This document shows positions 55,601 through 64,000 of a stretch of 64,000 nt of DNA, in pieces. Below the pieces are notes generated by a model. That model was given only the letters and a program-made list of their open reading frames with translations, did not search any database and was not told where the DNA came from. A program made the position numbers and the translations under genes. Origin of the DNA: Styela clava (taxonomy: Eukaryota); contig NC_135251.1 in the NCBI RefSeq assembly GCF_964204865.1, positions 20,026,001 through 20,090,000 of the forward strand, written 5' to 3'. Position 1 is the first letter of the stretch, and each line of letters starts with the position of its first letter.

Positions 55601-56355
55601 GTGTTGGTATTGGTGAAACACGCAAAAATGGAACAAACACTTTTGTTTTACCAAAATGCAAGTATTTTTCATCACTTTTCATTGTAAGCTATCAGAAACG
55701 CTTACTGACATCGAACGTGTATTACTTTGCAAATCTAATATTCAATATATCATATTGATTTTGAATTAACAAATGTAAAATAAATAAACGTGACGGCATA
55801 ATTTCTGTTCCCTATTAAACGTGCACGACTTTAATACATACTCTGGTCTAGGCGAAATCATTAACAATTTGAGTTCAATATTTTTATGTAGTAGAAGCTA
55901 CCATAACATTTAATTTTAACGTTCTCCTGGACTGAAATATCCTTACCAACGCATCCTTTTCAAGTTGAGCGATAGTTGGTTTATCGCTGGTACAAAAAGT
56001 CAAGTTATCGTTAAAATAAACACTTGATTTGCGGAATTGTTGATGATTTGTTATATCAACAACTCATTCATTTGTAATTTGCCTGGTGATATTTTAGGAA
56101 AAGTATGATAGGCGGCACTTTTACGCGCCAAAAGCTTTATAAAAAACTTTGCCGTGTGCCAATTTGGATCGTATTATAGAAACTCACCTCTCTATATGAT
56201 AATGAAAAACTATCGCTTGGTTTCCACGATATCGATCCTCCACGAAAATGAGTTGCTTGAACATTGCCGGCCCCTTCGCCAATTCCAGCGACGATAATAT
56301 AAATAACGATACCGACCACGACCGGTCCCATAACAGTGGTTTTACCGTACGACAT
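7112..56355 (-). CDS. Giant secreted VWD-C8-TIL repeat protein (FCGBP/zonadhesin/alpha-tectorin-like superfamily) with atypical N- and C-termini; ~83 coding exons, roughly 4,000 aa
   Basis: Exon chain traced from ATG at 56355 to TAA at 7112 with GT-AG introns and compatible phases; no in-frame stop found in the exons I translated. Nine repeats of C-x-x-x-x-(DP)H-(Y/F)-x-TFDG...GLCG(D/N)F(N/D)...CxxDxC...TIL. Confidence 0.9.
8468..8584 (-). CDS. EGF-like domain exon (phase 1-1) of the giant gene
   Basis: [38 protein letters not shown], a six-Cys NGGC..CSC..GY.L..D.KTC pattern. Confidence 0.9.
8839..11771 (-). CDS. VWD-C8-TIL-TILa assembly 9 (7 exons)
   Basis: [18 protein letters not shown]...[14 protein letters not shown]...YCLYEMC...[10 protein letters not shown]. 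Confidence 0.88.
10233..10512. mobile_element. Possible decayed hAT-type MITE
   Basis: GC-rich end GGCGGGCCGGATTGTGGACCGCCTATTGCACACCCCT followed by a CTCTAGAG-like site resembles hAT/Charlie termini; the partner terminus is poorly preserved. Confidence 0.3.
10558..10705. repeat. Degenerate ~56-bp tandem repeat, about 2.5 copies, intronic
   Basis: AATCATACACA...AGTGTTTAAT recurs three times. Confidence 0.7.
12034..15949 (-). CDS. VWD-C8-TIL-TILa assembly 8 (7 exons)
   Basis: [15 protein letters not shown]...[15 protein letters not shown]...[10 protein letters not shown]...[14 protein letters not shown]...[10 protein letters not shown]. Confidence 0.88.
16329..19008 (-). CDS. VWD-C8-TIL-TILa assembly 7 (8 exons)
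   Basis: [18 protein letters not shown]...[14 protein letters not shown]...ANCMLDMC...NWREEANL. Confidence 0.9.
18545..18616 (-). repeat. Possible decayed tRNA-derived SINE head
   Basis: B-box GGTTCGATCC on the minus strand (18558-18567) at tRNA-like spacing; no intact cloverleaf. Confidence 0.3.
19275..21947 (-). CDS. VWD-C8-TIL-TILa assembly 6 (8 exons)
   Basis: [18 protein letters not shown]...[14 protein letters not shown]...[22 protein letters not shown]. Confidence 0.9.
19924..19953. repeat. (TA)n microsatellite
   Basis: Run of TA dinucleotides ending in TACATACAT. Confidence 0.85.
22019..25156 (-). CDS. VWD-C8-TIL-TILa assembly 5 (8 exons)
   Basis: [18 protein letters not shown]...[14 protein letters not shown]...[22 protein letters not shown]. 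Confidence 0.9.
23795..24134. repeat. 168-bp direct tandem duplication overlapping an exon 3' end and its splice donor
   Basis: Two near-identical copies starting AAATCTGGCATAACATTGGA at 23795 and 23963; AAAT microhomology at the junctions. Confidence 0.9.
25256..28319 (-). CDS. VWD-C8-TIL-TILa assembly 4 (8 exons), closest paralogue of assembly 3
   Basis: [18 protein letters not shown]...[14 protein letters not shown]...[12 protein letters not shown]. Confidence 0.9.
29555..32884 (-). CDS. VWD-C8-TIL-TILa assembly 3 (8 exons)
   Basis: [18 protein letters not shown]...[14 protein letters not shown]...[12 protein letters not shown]. Confidence 0.9.
33017..36260 (-). CDS. VWD-C8-TIL-TILa assembly 2 (8 exons)
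   Basis: [18 protein letters not shown]...[14 protein letters not shown]...[17 protein letters not shown]. Confidence 0.9.
36741..41879 (-). CDS. VWD-C8-TIL-TILa assembly 1 (9 exons)
   Basis: [14 protein letters not shown]...[10 protein letters not shown]...[23 protein letters not shown]...[10 protein letters not shown]...GCVCNKGY. Confidence 0.88.
39962..40303. mobile_element. Non-autonomous Tc1/mariner (pogo/Tigger-like) MITE, 342 bp, intronic
   Basis: Left end CAGGTAGTCCTCGACTTACGAC versus reverse complement of right end CAGGGAGTCCTCGGGTTACGAC (3 mismatches in 22). TA on both sides (39960-39961, 40304-40305). No ORF. Confidence 0.85.
42737..45173 (-). CDS. Exons 6-8 of the giant gene (45173-45038, 43349-43197, 42780-42737): Ig/cadherin-like beta-sandwich module
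   Basis: ...[13 protein letters not shown]...IAPIGVRKS...[39 protein letters not shown]; WTP motif and alternating beta-strand pattern; in frame with both flanking exons. Confidence 0.75.
46528..52292 (-). CDS. Exons 2-5 of the giant gene (52292-52154, 49797-49557, 47157-47019, 46696-46528): Sib/'integrin beta-like' bacterial-type N-terminal domain
   Basis: [11 protein letters not shown]; [36 protein letters not shown]; [18 protein letters not shown]; [19 protein letters not shown]. Phases 0-1-2-0-1 are consistent. The family assignment is from motif recall, not a search. Confidence 0.8.
56188..56355 (-). CDS. First coding exon of the giant gene: signal peptide and start of the mature N-terminal domain
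   Basis: [56 protein letters not shown] followed by a gtgagt donor; hydrophobic core and a VQA cleavage-like site. Confidence 0.85.
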
Positions 56356-59300
56356 TTGGAGACTTGCAGTCACTCAAACAGCACAATGAAACTTGAATCC
56401 ACGGCAAATAATAAAATATATATAACTTTAAGTTATATGGAGTATAACTAATAAAATGGAACTGTGTGTAAATCAAGATAAGGAAGAATTAGGATAACTG
56501 CAATCAATTGAATATCGTATGTAATGTATAAAATAATCAATGAAAATATACACATTGTTTACTCAATAAATTTTCCAAATTTCTGATTTTTACTGACGTC
56601 CTTTTATTAACCGATATTTGAATGCTTTTGCAGTTTTGACGAAATTAGATGAAATTCATGTTAACAACAATGACCATTTCCACTATACTCCAAAATTAGA
56701 CCGAAAGTAGCATCCAGCTGGCGACACCGATGTTCAAAGCGTACCATTAATACAAAAGACTCGGAAGTTGCAGCCGATTTCAGTTTATAACCTCAGGCAC
56801 AGCAAATATATTAAATTTACGCTAAAACTTTCTTCTTTCTATTGAAACAAATCGTCTAAAATTTACCTTTATTTTAACGTAATGCAGTTTTCCAACGATG
56901 CCAAGGATATACAATATATTGTACTAATGCCACGCTTTTTACATATAGACAGCATGACATACTGATACCAGACATCTAATGCACGACTTGCACAAAACAA
57001 TTGGTTTAATCTACATAAAACATACTGAATTTGGAACAAATTTGTTACAGCAATTTTTTGAAAAATGACATATAATTTGATCCAAAAACAACGTGACGCT
57101 CTTGACGCATATCCATATCAGCGTGTTAACGCGAAACCGAGTTTGTATAGGTTATACTAGTTTTTATACGTCTGTACAGATTATTATATAGCGGATCATT
57201 TTTTCGTTGACTTTTTGATATCCCACGAATTCAACCGTAATATGATATACCAATGCCGTAATCGGTGCTGTGTGACGTAACAACATATTTTCCAAAAATT
57301 GAGGTGAGAAAGTCGTTGTTGTCTCATGGCCAAAATTTTCTCGCCAATTTCTTTTTGAATTTTTATTGATTTGAGAAAAAGAATACCTGTGATTCTCAAC
57401 AACGCAAAGTTGTTCACAAAATAGACAAATAAAAGAGTAAAAAAGTTTATAAAAAAGTAGACCGCACATTGATGTAAATTATTCCTGTTATACAACGCAT
57501 GAAAATGGAGATATAACAGCTAAAACACTTTTGTTATCATACTTGAACTCGAACTTACGCTGAAAATATTTAACAAATAATGAAGACCACATGAAAAGTT
57601 TCAGGGTTTATCTTCCGTTGCTAATACCGATGACTTCCACAAACAAAAATATCGTAATAATCATCGAATGACGTTTGAATTTCTATCAAAATAAGCAATC
57701 CACAAAAGTTCCGGAGGCGGTCACGTCACCTGCGCCAGCATTCAATCAAACCACCTGACAAAAAAAACAAACCTGTTGTTAACCTCTGTGAAGTCTTTAA
57801 TTGAGCGGCCTCAAAGTACTGATGATAAATATTCGATTATAGCTATACTTTTGAGTGGTTAACAAAATAGAAAGGTCATTCAGAAACGGAAAGTCAGACG
57901 TCTAATTTGTATTTATTAATCAGATAAAACCTACGACGACCTCGCCTATAAGCTTAAAACTAGATAATGAATCAAAAATAACTAAACAGGTGAATTAATC
58001 GTTTGGTGACACTATTAACGTCATTTTGGGTCAACATCATACCGATTTTTTCGGATATCAAGCTTCTGTATTCTTCGATAATGTTTGGGTAATCTAAGGC
58101 CCGTAGATAATCAAGGAAAGTAAAAAATTAGTATTTGTCATCAGTAACTATTAGCGACATTCGCGAGCTAATTTGCCAACTGTATTTTTGCATTTATACT
58201 TGTATGATGACATATGTGAAATGTCACAATTTATATAAAAGCCTTACAACGGTTACAAGCCTTTATTTAATACTCATTATAATACAAATAAATGTCTAAT
58301 TCAAATATGATAGAGTTTCATTCTTCTGTCTTGCAAATATGAGACCGTCATGTGATTAATTATTTGAAAGTAAATCGAATATTACTGTATAAGAATCGTT
58401 TTCCTTATATTCAAAATATATGCCGTTGGCGCATCATTTTGGAAGCGGAATATCTGTCTAACATATTATATTCCAGGAAGCCACGCTTTTTTGTCAAAAA
58501 TCGGTCCAAGTTAAAACAATTTTTTAAGTTGCATGTACAAAAAAGCATTGTTTTGGAAAGCCATATTGAGATCGGAGGAAAACATAACTTGCCTAATTAA
58601 TGGCTGTTCATATTTGAAGATTCACGAATGGCTGCGAATCATGAGCATGTATATTAATTATAGTTCCGAGAAGCGAAATTTGCAAATCTGGATACTCCCT
58701 GCTGTCCATACAAATTATATATAAAAGCATTAGAATTTTGATAGCAATTGACAATGTTTGATTAATCAAATACCACTCTGAACCCACTCGCGCACTCAGA
58801 AATAAAGAGAATTTATGAATAACGCTATTTATTGAATATGATTCCGTGAGTATGAATCCACAATATGCATCGCTGCACAGACCTATTGATTTCTGCCGAA
58901 ATTCAGTCAACAGACTTTAAAACCAGATTTATTTACTTATTCGTAAAGTATAAAAACATATTATGTACTTGGAATGTCATGATTTTGTACCAGTTATGGA
59001 AATGCAAATGATAAAGTACAATACGTAATATTTTTCTAGTACTTTGAATAGCAGAAAGTTGAGGTATAAACAATGAACATGCATATCCCTGTACATACAT
59101 ATATTCGCTAAAATATAGTAATATACCAATATATATCGAAAACATCATTTTTTTTAAAATCAATAACCTTTCAATCTTTTTGTTTGACTTTACCTTAGAA
59201 GCTTTAGAATGAATAAAGTTGTCTTCATCTCAGGACCTGTTCTGACCATGAGCGTAAGAACACAACTGCCTTGAATGAAATGGTTTGAGAGACATCTAGC

Positions 59301-59879
59301 GTGAAGATATATTTTAGATAAATTTACCTACGAACAGTGCTGGCAAAATGTCTTCCGTTGAATGTCAATTTTAACTTTATAGAATAACAATGCTTGATTT
59401 TAGCGTAGGTTGTGAAAAATGTTGATGGAAATACACAAATGGGGTATTTCGTTAACTTGGGTAGTTCGTATAGTCACCGCGTATAATCTTCCAGCTTGAT
59501 TCCGAAACTCCTTAAAATTACAAATGCCTTATGTAAATATTGCATATATATGTGACAATACTTTCACGAGACAAACAAGAAATGAAAGTACTTAGGAACA
59601 ACAACACGACGACTACATGGATTAAATATATTAACTTCGCATCAAAAATCACGCCCTCGTGGTGGATCATGTATGTTTCTGCTCCATCTGAGAAGAGAAT
59701 CCCTGCTTGCACATCTACGTAAAAGGGAAATGAGTAGCTGGGAAATATCGCGTTAAGCTAGCAACGAGTTAGTAGGCTCTTATTTTATATTAAAAGAAAC
59801 ATGAACATAATGACGTCGGTACAAAAATGTATAAGAAATATTGTCGCGTATCACAGATTTAGATCAAACGCCTTAATTC

Positions 59880-60820
59880 GTCAAAATCGACATAGGCGAA
59901 AAACCTAAAATTCCACAACTTTCAAACTACAATAGCATGTCTATTCGATTAAAAGGGCGAGATTTTATTATTAAAGCATATAATATTATATATGTGGTAC
60001 ATCATCATTTTTCATTTATGTGTAATCTGTTACTGAAAATGCCATATTTTGTCAAAATCGACATATGTGAAAATCTTGAAATTTCACAACCTTCAAACTA
60101 CAATAGCATGTTTATCCGATTAAAAGGGGCGAGATTTTATTATTGATAATTATTCTACTATATACACTCTTCATCCCACATTTTGAGTTGTTGGGAACAA
60201 AATTTTGCATTTATGATTTTATGTGTAATCCGTTTCTAAAAATGCCATATTACGTCGAAATCGACATAGGCGAAAAACCTGAAATTTCACAACTTTCAAA
60301 TTACAATAGCACGTCTATTCGATTAAGAGGGGCGAAATTTTATTATTGAAGCATATAATATTATATATGTAGTACATCATCGTTTTTCATTTATGTGTAA
60401 TCTGTTACTGAAAATGCCATATTTCGTCAAAATCGACATATGTGAAAAACCTGAAATTTCACAACCTCCAAACTACAATAGCATGTCTATTCGATCAAAA
60501 GGGGCGAGATTTTATTATTGAAAAATATAATATTATATATGTGGTACATCATCATTTTTCATTTATGTGTAATCTGTTACTGAAAATGCCATATTTCGTC
60601 AAAATCGACATATGTGAAAAACCTGAAATTTCACAACCTTCAAACTACAATAGCATGTCTATTCAAACTTCACAACTTTCAAACTGTAATAGCATGTCAA
60701 TTCGATTATACGAGGCGATGTTTTATTATTGAAAAATATAATAGTATATATGTGGTACATCATTCAAGTTGAGTTGTTGGAAACAAAATTTTACATTTAT
60801 GTATAATCCGTTTCTGAAAT
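59880..60820. repeat. Tandem array of five ~172-bp units (two lengthened variants)
   Basis: GTC(A/G)AAATCGACATA recurs at 59880, 60051, 60254, 60426 and 60598, with the whole intervening sequence conserved. Confidence 0.9.
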
Positions 60821-61012
60821 CGAATTCTTATTTGCAGCTCTGGGTACATGATTCCACATATGTCAGATAAGGCGTTTTTTACTTTGCTAATCAGTGTGTT
60901 TGTGTTTTTAAATCTACATGTATAGAAGGAACATGAGAATCGCCGACATAGCTGACTAATAGGATCTAACAGAAATGTTGAAAAGATAGAATGACCATAG
61001 ATCTTAGTCATT

Positions 61013-61931
61013 CCATCCTACGCGCGAAAAACAAAAGTGGCATAAACAAAACGATTTTAACATTAGCTCTTATGGGGAATGTGATCACCAAAGCAGAAAT
61101 TTACTTTTTTGTAATGTTCTAGTTATCTTTCATTGTAGACGTGTGTAGATTTGAGGATAGAATATTTTTTGATATTTTTATCATAATAAACATGGTCAAG
61201 ATTTTTGATAATTGGACACGTCAGTGTACATAACGATCGTTTCAATATTATGTTGTTGTTGTTCTTGTTAGTATTATTCTCTTTTGTCATGATAAAATCG
61301 CTTTTCTCTTCGAATACTGAACCAATTGCTTTGAAATTTTAAGAGGTTAAAGATTGATTTTTTTGCCAGAAGGCTGATACTTTTACTTATTTCAAAAACT
61401 TCTATGGACTTCAAAAGATTCGTTTTTCATGTGTCAGAATAAAAAATAGCGACACCTTGTGACATGTCCATATATTTGAGCACAGCTCTCTTGTTGTTCA
61501 TTAAAATTATAATGGGCGTGGTGTTTCCGCTGGCATCTTTTCCACTATACCATGACATTCTGCCAACGCGTTGTGTTCTGTAAAATATGCGCTCCAACTG
61601 GATGTATCTGAAGGAATTGGATAACACTGATGCTGAATTGATGGAATATACGATGGTTATGGGAATATCTTGAATTGGATGGTGACATTTAATGAACTGT
61701 GATAAATGTTTTTTTTTTGCGTTTTAACACATATTGACCATGTTTAACGTCATAAAAATATCGAAGAATGTCTAAAAATCACTTTATATATAAAGCTACC
61801 GACATTTACAACAAAAGATAACTAGAAAATCACAAAAAATGCCAATTTCTTCACTGGTAATCTCATTCCGCATAAGAGCCAATGTTAAAATTATTTTGTT
61901 CATGCCCCTTTTATTTTTGCGCGTAGGATGG
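61013..61931. mobile_element. Non-autonomous element with ~190-bp diverged terminal inverted repeats (foldback/MITE-like)
   Basis: Left arm CCATCCTACGCGCGAAAAACAAAAGTGGCATAAACAAAACGATTTTAACATTAGCTCTTATG aligns with the reverse complement of ~61733-61931, CCATCCTACGCGCAAAAATAAAAGGGGCATGAACAAAATAATTTTAACATTGGCTCTTATG. No clear TSD. Confidence 0.75.
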
Positions 61932-62769
61932 GTTTTGAATAATCAAGGTCTATATTAGATGGACGCTATGGAATACAATGAAACGCTTTTTTAACTTCGA
62001 TAATAGCCTCGGGCTAATCAATCTAAATTACAGAAAAAGAAACTGATGCTGTCGCTGTGTATTTAGTTTAGTCGTGGATTGTAACTATTGTAATAGTTGG
62101 TATTAAGTAATTTTACTTTAAGCATTTTATATTTTAGATAACCTTCTTTATTCACATTTCAAAACTATGAGGGACTTAAACAGTTGAAGATTTGCTATTG
62201 TTGGGCACGCTACGATAGTTTAAAAAGTTTTGATTTGTTGCTTCATGTAATGGTATTGTTAAATTGTCTTACGAGAAAAACATCATTTGAATAATATAAA
62301 CTGTAAATATTTATACTGTAAAAGCAAACCTAATATGAAACAACGTGATTATTCAAAGGTTCAATAGTGCCAAACATGTAATTGATTGAAAACATTTAAA
62401 CATTGATTTGAGTGTAAAGCTGCGAAACGACTTTACTGGCGGAACCCCAGGGTTGAAAAGCCTCGCTCCACGATGAACTTACGAAAATACGAACTGAAGG
62501 ATGCCGCAATCTCCTAGTAATGACTGTTGACATTTCGCTATAGCGAGAACAACTTGCATACTTGTTGCAAGTTTGCAGTTGTCTTGTTGGAATCGAAGTC
62601 CGTGGTTGCGCGTGTGGTTCTGTGGTTGGAATATGAAGACTCCGTTGGGACTGCATAATGCTGCGTGAGTAGCCAGTTGGCTTAGGCGAAAAATGTGAAG
62701 AAGCAACTTACAGAACAGCAGTATCAACGGCTTTGACTTTGGGTGGAGCAATTTTTTTATTACGACACT

Positions 62770-63270
62770 TACCGGTACTCGGCTCTTTCGCTCCGAACAA
62801 GGCCAGGTACGGTACCGGTACAGTACCGGTACCGCACTGCCTGGCTGTACAAGCAGCCACTGATATCGAACAATACCGTGTCCGTACCGTACCTACTGAC
62901 CTACGGTATCTCAAAAAGCTATCCACAGGCTTACTTTGCTTTTGAAGTTTTGCAAGTGCATAATCTCTGTTCGTTTGAAGATTGATATGGTACCGGTACG
63001 CAACTAGGTCAGAAGCCAGAAAACGTCGGAATACCGTACCCTATTAGCAGTGAACCGCTCATGAATAGCTGAATAGAGCAAAATAGTTTTTAGAAATACA
63101 TACAAGTTTGTCTCACTGCAAATGCTGCAAGACACTTTTCAAAAAAACATACGGTACGGTACCGGTACCGGTAGTCTGTACGTTGAAACATCTAACAGTT
63201 AGCTCAGGCCAGTAAGAACCACTTCGGCACTAGGCCTACCTGACTTCAAGTACGGTACCGGTACCGTATG
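62770..63270. promoter_or_regulatory. Cluster of GGTACC/TACCGGTA/TACGGTA palindromic motifs upstream of SLC25A21
   Basis: About eight bursts such as GGTACGGTACCGGTACAGTACCGGTACCG (62806-62834) and TACGGTACGGTACCGGTACCGGTAG (~63150); such motifs are rare elsewhere in the window. A regulatory role is inferred from position only. Confidence 0.5.
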
Positions 63271-63458
63271 TCTCTACTAGCAGACTAAACTAACTTATGT
63301 CTATATATTGTTATTTAAATTCCTCAGTCTATGAGTTAGGAGCGAGTCATGGCAGCATGGTCAAACCGGTTAAACTTAGTTTTCCATCTCTTTCATCTTT
63401 GTTCACAGTTGATTCAGTTATTGATTTTATTTGTTTTTATTCTCTTACAAAGCCAGTG

Positions 63459-63918
63459 ATGTCAAATTCAAATTCTGCCCCAACACCGAAACAACCTGTA
63501 TCATGGAAGAGAATGGGACAACAGTTTGCGTCTGGTGGTTCAGCGGGTAAATCTATAGGTTTCATTCTTATATTTGTCATCAAGAAATTAGTGGGTTTTA
63601 AAGGGAACAGATAAATCTGGTTTTAAATATTATCAAACGAGTCTTTTGGAGTTGAGAGAGCTGTAAAATGACTTTGTTTCAAATGTGGATCTTAGTATCG
63701 AGTGCTTTCTGATATAGATTTCTTAACTGATTTTTAATAAACATGTTAAATTATGTCAGCATTCTTTTCAAAGGATATTTGTCTTTTTTATTTACGAATA
63801 TATAAATAGGTTTTGCTGTAATCGTAATCATTGATTTAAAGTTGACAATGTTTTTTTTTTTAATTTCAGGTCTTGTGGAAATTTGTCTGATGCATCCACT
63901 TGATGTAGTGAAAACCAG
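63459..63918 (+). CDS. SLC25A21: Mitochondrial 2-oxodicarboxylate carrier, first two coding exons (63459-63546, 63870-63918); continues beyond the right edge
   Basis: QQFASGGSAG|LVEICLMHPLDVVKTR is essentially identical to the vertebrate ODC N-terminal helix, with the carrier signature PxDxxKxR; GT-AG junctions, phases 1 and 2. Confidence 0.9.
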
Positions 63919-64000
63919 GTAAACCTAATAATTGCTCGTTTTTTTATTGCGAAAAAGCTTTTTATTTTTTTTTCATGTATAAATTCGGGTTTTTATCGTA

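Noticed and set aside
47158-56187. Nested genes or autonomous transposons in the large 5' introns
   Set aside because: In the stretches I translated by eye I found no ORF with transposase, reverse transcriptase or other recognisable motifs. Short decayed repeats are likely but cannot be supported without a library search.
7112-56355. Assigning a gene symbol such as FCGBP, ZAN, TECTA or VWF
   Set aside because: The terminal domains match none of these, and orthology cannot be established without phylogeny.
59880-60820. Possible CRISPR array
   Set aside because: Whole units are conserved with no unique spacers, there are no cas genes, and the context is eukaryotic. The ORFs at 59937-60732 are by-products of the repeat.

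Overview
AT-rich, intron-dense animal genomic DNA. It is probably an invertebrate chordate such as an ascidian, but that is inferred from gene style only. Most entries in the ORF track are exon fragments or noise, so I rebuilt the genes by hand from GT-AG boundaries and reading phase. (1) 594-5995: two divergently transcribed PLPPR/PAP2-family paralogues; one runs off the left edge and one is complete (7 exons, ~286 aa, catalytically degenerate). (2) 7112-56355, minus strand: one giant gene of about 83 coding exons (roughly 4,000 aa) in which I found no frame disruption. It encodes a secreted protein: signal peptide, a HFRGG/CCW/NSSP/DxDGD domain of the type seen in Dictyostelium Sib and bacterial surface proteins, an Ig-like WTP module, nine VWD-C8-TIL-TILa assemblies, EGF, a Cys-flanked helix and a terminal WxxW/CysD domain. 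Six assemblies carry TDPH instead of the usual GDPH autocleavage motif, four junctions form RRR sites across splice junctions, and different repeats have lost different disulfide pairs. This is the best candidate for an undescribed system: a self-processing, potentially cross-linking matrix or mucus protein with a bacterial-type head. (3) 63459-63918: the first two coding exons of SLC25A21, preceded by a cluster of GTACCGGTAC palindromes. Non-coding parts hold a TA-flanked MITE, a long-inverted-repeat element, a ~172-bp tandem array and a 168-bp duplication that copies a splice donor.
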